Positions 30,874-40,531 are shown, counted from the first letter of the stretch. The stretch: DNA of 64,000 nt from a virus (IMGVR_UViG_649989924_000003); one strand, 5' to 3'. Program-made: numbers and translations. Notes: generated from the letters alone by a model not told the origin.

Positions 30874-31123
30874 ATGTGAGCAATCTTGTAGCAGTTCTTC
30901 TTTTCCCTTCATATTTACAAGATTTTGAATCAAAAGGATGCTACAACATAATAGAAAAGAAGTTCGCCCACAGCTGAACAATCCGATAGCAATAAAGTTC
31001 TTTTTCTGCAAAATGTCTTCTTTACAAAATAAAAGGAAGCTATCATATATAAATTTATTGAAATAACAATAAATTTGAAAAAAGAACCACGTCCAGCGAT
31101 TAATCTCTTTTCATTGCATAACT

Positions 31124-31152
31124 ATTATAACATATAATTTGTTTTTAGTCAA
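31124..31152 (-). promoter_or_regulatory. Consensus SigA-type promoter, copy 4 (minus strand)
   Basis: Reverse complement TTGACTAAAAACAAATTATATGTTATAAT; TSS about 290 nt upstream of the TerD-like ATG. Confidence 0.6.
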
Positions 31153-31219
31153 TTATATTTAAGATTATATGTCTTATTCTTAATTTCTTAAATGGTTATA
31201 AGTAGGTGTATTTCATTAC

Positions 31220-32479
31220 TTATTTTTTAACCCTTTCATTTTCTTTCACATCTATTTTACATTTTTCAGTCTTAATTGGTACTTTGTTATAATCAGTTAG
31301 GTAAGCAAATTCACCTTTCTCTACAAAATATGTTTTGATTTCGCTCTCTTCGTCATCACTCTTTATCATTTTTGTGTCAATTATTTTCATAATGATTTTT
31401 TCATTGTTTTTATTTTCTAATAACAAATATTTGTTTTCTTGATTTTCTTCAATAATATGATGTATTTCTTCATCAAGAAGGATATCTATTCCTTTATTAT
31501 AGAAATTATCTAGCAAAGATGACATACTGTAGATAAAATAACATGTCATTGCGAAAATAATAAGTATAGAAGATACAAGATAAAGAAATGTTTTTATTTG
31601 CATTTTATTATCTACATCTTCCTTTTTTTCTTCTTCATCTTGATTATCTTGATTAACTTCTTTTTTTTGAGTGACTTTTTTACCTTTATTTAAGTAACCT
31701 AGCCTATCTAATCCATCAACAAAGTAAGGTATATAAATAATATATGAAATTATAAAACTAATACTTAACCATCCTTGAGCTTCAATTTGTTTTAAACTAT
31801 ATATAAACCACACAGTCATACCAATAATAATGGCTATTGTACAACAACTTCTTATTACAATATTTTTTTGTGCTATAAAAACAATATAACCAAAATAACA
31901 TAATATCATAATAAGAAATATAACAATTGGTTTTATTATGAATTGAATTATTTCAATAGTTCCTGTATTCCCATAAAATATCAAAGTACAAATAATAAAA
32001 AGTAATGTTATCTCCATGAACACACAGGGGAAAAATATAACCTTATATACTAATTTATTCTTAAATTTATACATAATAATTGCTTCTATAAAAATTATAA
32101 AACAAACCGACAGGCCAACAATCAAATTACTCCAGTACGAAGAAACTTCAACATTTAAAGGAATATTATTTAGTCCCAAATATTCACAGTATCCCTCTGT
32201 CATAATTTGATTAAAATACCCCATTAACCATGGAAAGATACCAACAGTAATTGCAAATATAGCCCCAAAACTCGTTGCATTCTTTAAAAAGAAAAACAAA
32301 AAAGGATATTTCTTCTGTAACTTATCCTCAGCGGGGGTGTTTGTCTCACCCTTTTCTGGATTTTCAGCCAATTTTACTTTTTTGTCTTCTTCCATTTCTT
32401 GAGAAGTGGGTTCACCTTTTTGTTTCAGATTTATCTGTTCATTTTTTAATTGTTTCTTTGGATTCTTTCTTTTGCTCAT
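31220..32479 (-). CDS. polytopic membrane protein, basic N-terminus
   Basis: 419 aa, at least 8 hydrophobic helices. Confidence 0.5.
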   Translation of the reverse strand: MSKRKNPKKQLKNEQINLKQKGEPTSQEMEEDKKVKLAENPEKGETNTPAEDKLQKKYPFLFFFLKNATSFGAIFAITVGIFPWLMGYFNQIMTEGYCEYLGLNNIPLNVEVSSYWSNLIVGLSVCFIIFIEAIIMYKFKNKLVYKVIFFPCVFMEITLLFIICTLIFYGNTGTIEIIQFIIKPIVIFLIMILCYFGYIVFIAQKNIVIRSCCTIAIIIGMTVWFIYSLKQIEAQGWLSISFIISYIIYIPYFVDGLDRLGYLNKGKKVTQKKEVNQDNQDEEEKKEDVDNKMQIKTFLYLVSSILIIFAMTCYFIYSMSSLLDNFYNKGIDILLDEEIHHIIEENQENKYLLLENKNNEKIIMKIIDTKMIKSDDEESEIKTYFVEKGEFAYLTDYNKVPIKTEKCKIDVKENERVKK

Positions 32480-32608
32480 TGTATCATTCCTTTCTTTAAC
32501 TTCTCACAAATCTCTGTCATCATTATACAAAATTCAACAATTGAAAATCAAACAAACAAAGCAAAATAACAAGAAACTCAACCTTTTAGCAGCAAAAAAA
32601 GAGGATTC

Positions 32609-32890
32609 TCATAAAATCCTCCTAAAAAACACAAAACTTCCTACAATTACGCTGATATAGTATATATAATATGGCATACTCAATATATATATCACTTCTT
32701 TATTCACACCACAATCTATCCACCTACTTTTATAATCTTTCCATATATAGGCTATAAAACATCCATGAACAATCCCCATTGGGCCTATAAAAATAAGAAA
32801 TATATTGTATCTCATCAAAAATAAAATAAGTAATAATAAGCCAAATACAAACCAAAATTGCAGCCATTTCCTAACATATTTATTTTTCAT
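32609..32890 (-). CDS. small membrane protein
   Basis: 93 aa, 3 hydrophobic segments. Confidence 0.4.
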   Translation of the reverse strand: MKNKYVRKWLQFWFVFGLLLLILFLMRYNIFLIFIGPMGIVHGCFIAYIWKDYKSRWIDCGVNKEVIYILSMPYYIYYISVIVGSFVFFRRIL

Positions 32891-32979
32891 TGATATTTTC
32901 TATAGAAATATTAGCATCTCCTACCAAATATTTTATGACGAACACTCACTTTTTGCGTGTTGCTTTATAAAATAATGAT

Positions 32980-33054
32980 GGTGATTGTAGCACAATGGTA
33001 GTGCGGTGGATTGTGGCTCCAACTATACGGGTTCGACTCCCGTCTTTCACACCA
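32980..33054 (+). tRNA. tRNA-His(GTG)-like with G-1, probably defective or chimeric acceptor end
   Basis: D-arm GCAC/GTGC, anticodon loop TTGTGGC, T-arm ACGGG-TTCGACT-CCCGT and CCA encoded. The acceptor has two T-T mismatches (5-68, 6-67) and discriminator A73 opposite G-1. Confidence 0.5.
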
Positions 33055-33456
33055 AAGAAGAAATTTATTATAATGAAAAGACATCTGGGCATTTTGTGCC
33101 CATAAGTGATTTCACAATACAAGAGAACAATAACTTTATCAGATATAATCAAAGAAGGTAAATTTTAAATCAGTCATAACAAAAGAACTTATGTATCTGC
33201 GAAGTTGTGCCAGTAACATGAGACCGACGTAAAAGGCAATAGGGGACAATGACTCATATCAATTGAGAAACAGAAGAAAAACTTGGAAAAGCCTATGTTA
33301 GACACTTGAAGAGTTAGGGTTCATAGGAAAGTTCGCAATATATTTATATTTCAATACTTAGATTTAAGTGAATTAGAAATAAAAAAGACTCTATAAATGA
33401 TATTCATTTATAGAGTAAGATTCTATTTATTTTTTTTTTGCTTATGAAGAATAATA

Positions 33457-33711
33457 CTATTTAAAACTACCCACACGAGAATAGAAATTAAATGAAAAGG
33501 ATATAAAAATCCATTTTTTATTTAATTCTTCTGTGATATGAGGAAGATATCCATTGAAATATACAAACAAATATATTGAAATAAAAGAAACTATTAATCC
33601 TCCCTCAATAAATATAATGTATTTTTTTAAATCATTTTTTTTAATAAGTTTTAGAATATTAATAAAGATTAATAATAAAGTAATGGTTTCAATTAAAAAG
33701 TAAAATATCAT
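33457..33711 (-). CDS. small 2-TM membrane protein
   Basis: 84 aa; overlaps the upstream secreted-protein gene stop (4-nt overlap). Confidence 0.4.
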   Translation of the reverse strand: MIFYFLIETITLLLIFINILKLIKKNDLKKYIIFIEGGLIVSFISIYLFVYFNGYLPHITEELNKKWIFISFSFNFYSRVGSFK

Positions 33712-34511
33712 TTTTTCACATAAGTTCCTTTTCCATACATTATTCCAGGGTCTTTAGCAATTGGATAAGTTGGCCATAAATCAGATGCAGAATGACCATA
33801 CCATTTTCCTTGATAAGAAGTATTATATGCTGCATGAATAAGTCCTACACCAGCTTCATGGGCTCTTATATATGGTCTTTGTTTCGTAAAAGTACTGTAT
33901 TCTTCTAATATAAGATATGCACCAATAAAAGTTGTTCCGCAACCAAGCCAAGTTGCAAAAGCTGTTGCTATACTCTTTTGTATTCCTTTGTTTATAAGAT
34001 GATTAACAGCTTTAGTTAAGCTCCATCCAGCAATTTCTGTAATACTACCTTTAAACACTGAAACATATGAACTTGAATTAAACCCTGCCACCATATTTTT
34101 TACTTCATTGTAAGTCATATATTCAACACTTTTCATCCATACATTACCATTACTATTAACATTTGGTGCTCCACTCGTATATTTCCAATAGGCACCATTT
34201 GGTGCAGTTCCGTGAGATGTACCACTTAAAATGCCATCAAATAAACCAAATGTTGATACTGTTGGAACTTGTAAAGACACTATAGCTTCTTTACCCTTTT
34301 CTTCTAAATACTGTGTAAACATCGGCGAGGTTTCTTCATTTAAAATATAAGGGTTTTCAGCACTTCCGTCACCAGCAATAATAGATTCAGATATTTCTTT
34401 TTCATAAATATCATCTAAATCTGCTGCGAATACTGGGGTTACATTTATAGCAGCAAAAGTTAATGCTAAAATTGATACCCCAACAAAAAAATTCTTAAAA
34501 CTGAGCTTCAT
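33708..34511 (-). CDS. secreted protein of unknown function
   Basis: Signal peptide ILALTFAAINVTPVFA; 267 aa. Confidence 0.5.
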   Translation of the reverse strand: MKLSFKNFFVGVSILALTFAAINVTPVFAADLDDIYEKEISESIIAGDGSAENPYILNEETSPMFTQYLEEKGKEAIVSLQVPTVSTFGLFDGILSGTSHGTAPNGAYWKYTSGAPNVNSNGNVWMKSVEYMTYNEVKNMVAGFNSSSYVSVFKGSITEIAGWSLTKAVNHLINKGIQKSIATAFATWLGCGTTFIGAYLILEEYSTFTKQRPYIRAHEAGVGLIHAAYNTSYQGKWYGHSASDLWPTYPIAKDPGIMYGKGTYVKK

Positions 34512-34705
34512 AATACATTCCTCCCTTTTGAAACTCTTGAAATAAGAGTTGATTTATAATATAAATGTAGCATGATTTAAAGAAATTGTAAATATGTAAC
34601 AGGTTTTTATATGATTTTATACTTTGCAAAAGAAAGTAATAAGTTAAGTATTATAAATTTAAATAAATAAAAGGTACTAAAGTATCTTAATGAGGTGATT
34701 TTTAA

Positions 34706-35308
34706 ATGATATCAAAAGCTGTTGAAGATGAATTTAATCATCTTGTCACTTCTCAAAAAAACTTTTTCAACGACCATTCAGAAAATGTGTCAATGTATAT
34801 AAAAAGATTTGTTGAGAGATTGGACAAGGATATCCCTTCGTTAAACTTAACTGATTTATTTAAGTTTCATGTTGAATTGGCGGCTCTTGTTCATGATATA
34901 AGGAAACTTGCTATTCCTTTGGAAATTCTTTCAAAAAAGAAAACATTAACAAATAGGGAATATCAGATTATTCAAAATCATACTCAATATGGAACATATT
35001 ATCTCTGTAATCTTTTTAAATACTGTAAAACAGATGAAGATTTTGATTTTGCAAGCGTTTGCCAAAATATTGTCTTATATCATCATGAAAGAAATAATGG
35101 GAGTGGATATTTGCAGAATTTAAAGGGAGATACTATCCCTTTAGAAGCAAAAATAGTTGCAATTGTAGATAGTTATGATGCTTTAACATCTCAAAGATGC
35201 TACAAGCAAACACTAACGACGCAAGAGGCTATTCAGAGATTATTGGAAGAATCTTCTCAATATGATGAAAGATTGCTGAAAGTATTTATAAGGAGTTTAA
35301 AAGAGTAA
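34706..35308 (+). CDS. stand-alone HD-GYP domain phosphodiesterase
   Basis: HD (LVHDIRK), HHERNNGSGY (HHExxDGxGYP-like), DSYDALTSQRCYK. Confidence 0.7.
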   Translation: MISKAVEDEFNHLVTSQKNFFNDHSENVSMYIKRFVERLDKDIPSLNLTDLFKFHVELAALVHDIRKLAIPLEILSKKKTLTNREYQIIQNHTQYGTYYLCNLFKYCKTDEDFDFASVCQNIVLYHHERNNGSGYLQNLKGDTIPLEAKIVAIVDSYDALTSQRCYKQTLTTQEAIQRLLEESSQYDERLLKVFIRSLKE

Positions 35309-35335
35309 AAAGAATAAAAGAACGGAGGTGAGATA

Positions 35336-35545
35336 ATGAAATATAAACTAGAAATACAGAGTAATGGATTCAATATTGAAGAAAGCAGAATCATTAAGGA
35401 AGTTAAGGATTCCTTAAAACATAAAAAAATAATTCTTAACAAGATTAATGATTTGGAAATCTATTATGTAACTGATAAAAAGATTATTTATTATAATGGG
35501 CTATATAATGATGAAATCGTTAAAGGTGAAATCTATATTATATAA
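35336..35545 (+). CDS. hypothetical small protein
   Basis: 69 aa, GGAGGTGAG RBS upstream. Confidence 0.4.
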   Translation: MKYKLEIQSNGFNIEESRIIKEVKDSLKHKKIILNKINDLEIYYVTDKKIIYYNGLYNDEIVKGEIYII

Positions 35546-35700
35546 ATCATGATAGAATACAACAGTTCTATTTTTCTTTATCCTAATAATCTATGGTAAA
35601 ATAGAATTATGGAAATCGTGAGAGGACCTGTATAATATTGGCTGTTCACTTGGAGAGGTGAATGGCTTTCTTTTCACGATTTTTATAAGTATTCAGTGAG

Positions 35701-35961
35701 GTGAAGACAATGTCATATACTGAAAAAAGACATAATAGAGCAGTTTCTAGAAAGAATGAATTCAGGATTATTGAAAGAAAGAAAAAGATTTTGGATAGTT
35801 ATGGTGAGGGAGTTTTAGAGGAATTCACAAATGGGCAAACACATAGACTTGCTAAAAGTAAAATCCATTGCAGCTGTCCAATGTGTCAGGCAAAGACAAG
35901 AGCAATTGGATGGAAACATTCTGATAAAGTAAAGATTGAAAGATGCAATTATGTAGAATAA
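35701..35961 (+). CDS. small basic Cys-pair protein
   Basis: CSCPMC plus C-terminal Cys; 86 aa. Confidence 0.4.
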   Translation: MKTMSYTEKRHNRAVSRKNEFRIIERKKKILDSYGEGVLEEFTNGQTHRLAKSKIHCSCPMCQAKTRAIGWKHSDKVKIERCNYVE

Positions 35962-36280
35962 AGTTCCATAGTTTATAAATATTATATTATGATAAGGAAA
36001 AGACGTATCAAATGAGGTATGTCTTTTTCTTTATATAATGACAGCAGAGGGAAAACAGATAAATATTTGTTGTTTTCATAAATATATATAAAAAATTATT
36101 GTAAAAATAACAAATAAATGATATAATAGACTCATAAAGAAAGGACAGGTGCAAATAAATGACAAAGCATATAAAAAAAGAATGCACCTGTCTGCATTCT
36201 TTTTTTGAGGTGAAGACATGAAATAAGAAAGTTTAACAAATAAGAATGAAACAATTGAATAAAAAGAAAGGAGGTAGATT

Positions 36281-37738
36281 ATGTTAGATTTTTTAATGAA
36301 TACTGGAGTGATTACAAGTGTTTTAGTAGGAGCTCTTATTTTAGTGATTGTATTGACAGGATATGTCAAGGCATCACCAGACACTGCGTATATTATTTCA
36401 GGACTGAGAAAACAACCAAAGGTTTTAATTGGGAAAGCAGGAATTAAAATTCCATTTCTAGAGAAGAAAGATGAATTGAATTTACAGTTAATTCCCATTG
36501 ATGTCAAAACGTCTAGTGCTGTACCAACTGCTGACTATATCAACATTAATGTAGATGCAGCAGTCAATGTCAAGATTAGTGATAACAGTGAACGTTTAGG
36601 ATTAGCTGCACAGAACTTCTTGAATAAGAGAGTTGATTATATTGCCAATGTTGCAAGAGAAGTTTTGGAAGGGAATATGCGTGAAATCGTAGGACGTATG
36701 AATCTTGAGGAAATGGTTTCCGATAGACAGAAGTTTGCTGAATTGGTAAAGGAGAATGCTGAACCTGATTTGGCAAAGATGGGTTTGGATATTGTTTCGT
36801 TTAATGTTCAGAATTTTGTTGATGGTAATGGTGTTATTGAAAATCTTGGGGTTGACAATATTGTAAAGATTCAAAAAAATGCAGCAATTTCTCGTGCTGT
36901 GAGTGAAAGAGATATTGCTCAGGCTCAGTCAAAAGCATTCCAAGAAGCAAATGATGCAAAAATTGCTGCTGAAACAATCATTGCAGAAAAGAATAATGAA
37001 TTAGCTATCAAAAAAGCTGAATTAAAGAAGACTGCAGATGCAAAACAAGCTGAAGCAGATGCAGCATATACAATTCAGCAGGAACAGTCTCGTAAAGCAA
37101 TTGAAATTGCAACAGCTGACGCAAATATTATGAGACAGGAAAAAGAAATTGAATTGAGACGTAAAGACGTTGAAGTTACAGAACAGGAACTTGATGCAAA
37201 AATCAAGAAGCAAGCTGAAGCAGAAAAATTTGCTGCACAGCAAAGAGCAGAGGCTGATTTATATGCACGTCAGCAAAATGCAGAAGCGTGGAAATTTGAG
37301 CAGGAAAAAGAAGCTCAAGCCAAGAAAGCACAAGCTGAAGCCTTAAAATATCAAATGGAGCAGGAAGCCTCAGGTATCCGTGCAAAAGGGGAAGCAGAAG
37401 CCAAGGCTATTGAAGCCAAAGGTATTGCTGAAGCTGAAGCATTAGATAAAAAAGCTGAAGCGATGAAAAAATATGGCGAAGCAGCAATTGCAGAAATGTA
37501 CTTCAATGCATGGCCAAAAGCAGTTGAAGCGGCAGCCAAACCACTTGAAAAGATTGGCAACATTACAATGTATGGTGAAGGGAATAGCGCAAAACTGATT
37601 GAGGATGTCATGAAGACAACTCATCAAGTAAATACAGGAATGGAACAAGGGTTGGGCTTAAATCTTAATCAGATTCTTGGGTCATTAGTTGGAGTGAAAG
37701 CATTGGAAAAAATGAGTAATGATAAGAGAGAGGATTAA
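36281..37738 (+). CDS. flotillin-like SPFH/band-7 protein
   Basis: N-terminal TM, SPFH core, long Ala/Glu/Lys/Gln coiled-coil repeats. Confidence 0.8.
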   Translation: MLDFLMNTGVITSVLVGALILVIVLTGYVKASPDTAYIISGLRKQPKVLIGKAGIKIPFLEKKDELNLQLIPIDVKTSSAVPTADYININVDAAVNVKISDNSERLGLAAQNFLNKRVDYIANVAREVLEGNMREIVGRMNLEEMVSDRQKFAELVKENAEPDLAKMGLDIVSFNVQNFVDGNGVIENLGVDNIVKIQKNAAISRAVSERDIAQAQSKAFQEANDAKIAAETIIAEKNNELAIKKAELKKTADAKQAEADAAYTIQQEQSRKAIEIATADANIMRQEKEIELRRKDVEVTEQELDAKIKKQAEAEKFAAQQRAEADLYARQQNAEAWKFEQEKEAQAKKAQAEALKYQMEQEASGIRAKGEAEAKAIEAKGIAEAEALDKKAEAMKKYGEAAIAEMYFNAWPKAVEAAAKPLEKIGNITMYGEGNSAKLIEDVMKTTHQVNTGMEQGLGLNLNQILGSLVGVKALEKMSNDKRED

Positions 37739-37772
37739 TACCTCTCTTTTTAATAAAATATGAGGTTCAAAA

Positions 37773-38093
37773 ATGTGGAAAGAGAAAAAAGAAAGTTATG
37801 TATTGGAGTATTGCTACCAAAATGGTTTCGTTTCAATACCCTTCAAATTCTCCAAAAGTCTTACCTTAAAGATTGTAACTTATACAGATTTAGAAGTCAC
37901 TGGTCTTAGGACAGCAAAACTCCTTTGCAATTTGAAGGGTGCAGGCAAGGTTGCATTATGGAAGATAAAACAAGATATTAAGGCAAAAGAAAATTATCTC
38001 ATAACAGATGAAAAATATCTTCAAGATGCTTGTTACAATCTTTATTTATCTTCTCATATTCTTTACATAGTGAAAATGGATACAAAAAAATAA
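37773..38093 (+). CDS. hypothetical protein
   Basis: 106-aa ORF. Confidence 0.4.
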   Translation: MWKEKKESYVLEYCYQNGFVSIPFKFSKSLTLKIVTYTDLEVTGLRTAKLLCNLKGAGKVALWKIKQDIKAKENYLITDEKYLQDACYNLYLSSHILYIVKMDTKK

Positions 38094-38108
38094 ATAAGAG
38101 GAAATAGG

Positions 38109-38183
38109 ATATGAATGATGGTACCCAATATAGGAATCGAACCTATAATTGATGGTTCGTAGCCATCTGTTTTATCCATTAGA
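38109..38183 (-). tRNA. tRNA-Arg(ACG)
   Basis: Cloverleaf read by hand: acceptor ACCCAAT/ATTGGGT, anticodon loop CTACGAA, T-arm ATAGG-TTCGATT-CCTAT, CCA encoded. Confidence 0.55.
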
Positions 38184-38191
38184 CTAATTGG

Positions 38192-38265
38192 GTATGTTTT
38201 TTGGAGGCCTCGACCAGACTTGAACTGGTATAAATAGGGTTGCAGCCTATTGCATAGCCATTCTG
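38192..38265 (-). tRNA. tRNA-Cys(GCA)
   Basis: Anticodon arm ATAGG-CTGCAAC-CCTAT, T-arm ACCAG-TTCAAGT-CTGGT. Confidence 0.55.
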
Positions 38266-38319
38266 CCACGAGGTCGCAAATATTTTCTTTTTGTTTTACA
38301 ATATTTTAACTTTATATTT

Positions 38320-38649
38320 TCATTTAATGACCCATTGAAGTTTTGAATCATCAGTAAAATATAATTCTCCTCCATAATCAGAGCACCAACTTTTGTCCAA
38401 ATTGACTTTTTCTTCATTGTTTTTCAATTCTATTTCATAATCTTGTTTCATCTGAGAAACTAAATTATCTTCTCGTGAAATTGAAATATTACTCTTCAAA
38501 GTTTTGTTTATAATAACATTTCCACTAATAAGACTATCTTTAAATTCATCTATAGTGGCTTTTTTAATGATTTTTTTATATATTTTTTTATTTTGCACTT
38601 TCATAACAACAAATCTGTAATACTTTGCGTATTTGAAAATTAGGCTCAT
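38320..38649 (-). CDS. hypothetical protein (insertion within tRNA array)
   Basis: 109-aa ORF. Confidence 0.4.
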   Translation of the reverse strand: MSLIFKYAKYYRFVVMKVQNKKIYKKIIKKATIDEFKDSLISGNVIINKTLKSNISISREDNLVSQMKQDYEIELKNNEEKVNLDKSWCSDYGGELYFTDDSKLQWVIK

Positions 38650-39400
38650 ATCTTCCTGCTAAATAAATAATTATTGGGTTTACATAGTTACTAAATGTAA
38701 AAAGTCTTTTTTCTTTATCATCTAATTTTAGAGGAAATAAAATGATATAATCATATTTTTTATTTTCATCTAATTCACATAAAGAAGAACAAGTGTCCTC
38801 AACTCCATTATAGTTATAGATAATTTCATAATTCAAAAAATAATTATTTATAAGTTTTTTAATATCCTCATACTCTTTTATTTCTTTCAAAGGCTTTGCT
38901 TTCATTTTCTTTTGATTAAGAACATCAATAATAATATTTATGTATTCTTCTGTGACATTTTTATTATTAATAAATATAGGCTCAGATGTAAAATCGGTTG
39001 TACGATATAACTGAATTGTTTTTTCTCTATATATTTCATTTAAAACGTTAGCTACTTTATCAATATGATTGACATAAATATCCTTTTTCAAGAAAATATT
39101 TTCAATATAAAACTTTAAAACATCTTGCCAATTATTATTAACAAATAAATTTTCCATATCTTCTGGTGATGTAACATAAAAAAGTGTTTTTAACTTATCC
39201 ATCAAAATCTCTGATTTTATAAATGAGTCTTTTGTAAACATACTACTTAATTTATTATAATTGTCTATAGTTTCCTCTACATTTTCTCGAAGATGTTTTC
39301 CATGAAAAGCTTCTTCAAGGTTATTATAATATTTTTCCTTATACAAAAAACCATCTGAATATGTCGGTGACAGATTTAACTCTTTAATATTTGTTATCAT
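38588..39400 (-). CDS. hypothetical protein (insertion within tRNA array)
   Basis: 270-aa ORF. Confidence 0.45.
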   Translation of the reverse strand: MITNIKELNLSPTYSDGFLYKEKYYNNLEEAFHGKHLRENVEETIDNYNKLSSMFTKDSFIKSEILMDKLKTLFYVTSPEDMENLFVNNNWQDVLKFYIENIFLKKDIYVNHIDKVANVLNEIYREKTIQLYRTTDFTSEPIFINNKNVTEEYINIIIDVLNQKKMKAKPLKEIKEYEDIKKLINNYFLNYEIIYNYNGVEDTCSSLCELDENKKYDYIILFPLKLDDKEKRLFTFSNYVNPIIIYLAGRYEPNFQIRKVLQICCYESAK

Positions 39401-39676
39401 ATAACACCTCTCTCGTCCATCTAAAGGCTTTATAGTAGCCTTTTAAAAACTAGTTAAAATAAATCAATACTCCTTAAAAACCCCTGCTGGCATCTGCCAT
39501 ATATATTCTGGAGTGCTTTTCAGTATTCTGACTTACCATGCCAATATCAGAAGTTTGATGAACTGAAAAGAATTTTTTGAATAAGGTTTTACATGGATAT
39601 TTATATACCTTATACCTGTAGAGGAAAATTTTAGAATATGTTATCAGCAAAAACAATTTATATCCTAAATAATATT

Positions 39677-39704
39677 TGGTGCTCATAGTAGGATTTGAAC
39701 CTAC
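39677..39704 (-). pseudogene. Orphan tRNA 3' fragment (T-arm + acceptor 3' strand + CCA)
   Basis: Minus strand GTAGG-TTCAAAT-CCTAC-TATGAGC-A-CCA with no matching 5' half. Confidence 0.5.
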
Positions 39705-39716
39705 ATATGGGCATTT

Positions 39717-39792
39717 TGGTAGGAATAATAGGAATCGAACCTATATTGCACGATTATCGGTCGTGAGTACTCACCAGTTGTACGATACTCCT
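39717..39792 (-). tRNA. tRNA-Ile(GAT), C33 anticodon loop
   Basis: D-stem GTAC/GTAC, anticodon arm CACGA-CCGATAA-TCGTG, T-arm ATAGG-TTCGATT-CCTAT. Confidence 0.5.
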
Positions 39793-39795
39793 ATA

Positions 39796-39869
39796 TGGTA
39801 TCCGTTGGTGGTAATGCTCCACCGTCTTCAACTTGTAAGGATGATGTTTTCCTTTTAAACTAAACGGAT
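39796..39869 (-). tRNA. tRNA-Val(TAC) with atypical T-loop
   Basis: Acceptor ATCCGTT/AACGGAT, anticodon loop CTTACAA, T-arm GGTGG-AGCATTA-CCACC. Confidence 0.45.
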
Positions 39870-39870
39870 A

Positions 39871-39947
39871 TGGTCTCGATAAAAGGATTTGAACCTTTAC
39901 AAACTCGGTCCCAGGCCGAGTGCACTACCAAATTATGCTATATCGAG
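39871..39947 (-). tRNA. tRNA-Pro(TGG), C33 anticodon loop
   Basis: Anticodon arm CTCGG-CCTGGGA-CCGAG, T-arm AAAGG-TTCAAAT-CCTTT. Confidence 0.55.
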
Positions 39948-40074
39948 AGGAAAGAGAATATCTCTTCCGTATTTATGCTGGACCAGACATAATATGTTTA
40001 TCTATCACTACAATAGACTGGACTCCGAGATACTTCCCAATATCTTATCTTTACCTTATTTCATGAAGGAAATT

Positions 40075-40148
40075 GGCACCTCTTGAAGGAATTGAACCCT
40101 CATCGTGGAGGTAGAAACTCCATGCTCTATCCATTAAGCTAAAGAGGT
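40075..40148 (-). tRNA. tRNA-Arg(TCT)
   Basis: Acceptor ACCTCTT/AAGAGGT, anticodon arm TGGAG-TTTCTAC-CTCCA. Confidence 0.6.
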
Positions 40149-40351
40149 AATAATGATAACTATTTATCGCAATAGCCTTAGCATCTGACTCCTTATACAG
40201 AATATACTTTCATTTTCTATTCTTTCATGCACTTTCAAATATACTAAGAAAATATATATTTTCGTCAAAGCCAACCTCCTAGCTCGTGACTATCTGCATC
40301 CATTGCTTATGCAGTTTCCACATGGTTTTATTTAATAAATTATATAATCAT

Positions 40352-40428
40352 TGGTGGACGATATAGGATTCGAACCTATGACCAGTCGGTTATGAGCCGA
40401 CAGCTCTGACCATCTGAGCTAAACGTCC
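40352..40428 (-). tRNA. tRNA-Met(CAT), elongator type
   Basis: Anticodon arm GTCGG-CTCATAA-CCGAC, T-arm ATAGG-TTCGAAT-CCTAT. Confidence 0.55.
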
Positions 40429-40440
40429 ATATTTTTAAAA

Positions 40441-40519
40441 TGGTGGAAACTTTGGAATTCGAATCCAACTGATTTCCTGTGTGCAAAACAGGTGACCACA
40501 CCTAGCAGTCCCAGTTCCC
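40441..40519 (-). tRNA. tRNA-Ala(TGC)
   Basis: G3-U70 wobble pair present, anticodon arm CCTGT-TTTGCAC-ACAGG. Confidence 0.6.
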
Positions 40520-40531
40520 AATAATACATTA

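Noticed and set aside
30793-31011. 72-aa ORF upstream of the TerD-like gene as a bona fide protein
   Set aside because: Overlaps the leader terminator and RBS of the downstream gene; more likely leader sequence or leader peptide than an independent protein
32941-33054. tRNA-His as an integration attachment site marking an ICE boundary
   Set aside because: No integrase or recombinase anywhere in the window and no second copy of the 3' segment seen, so only the chimeric or defective tRNA observation is reported
39948-40074. Gap in the tRNA array searched for an additional tRNA
   Set aside because: Only a 7-bp stem-loop and partial anticodon-arm-like hairpin; no acceptor/T-arm pairing found by hand
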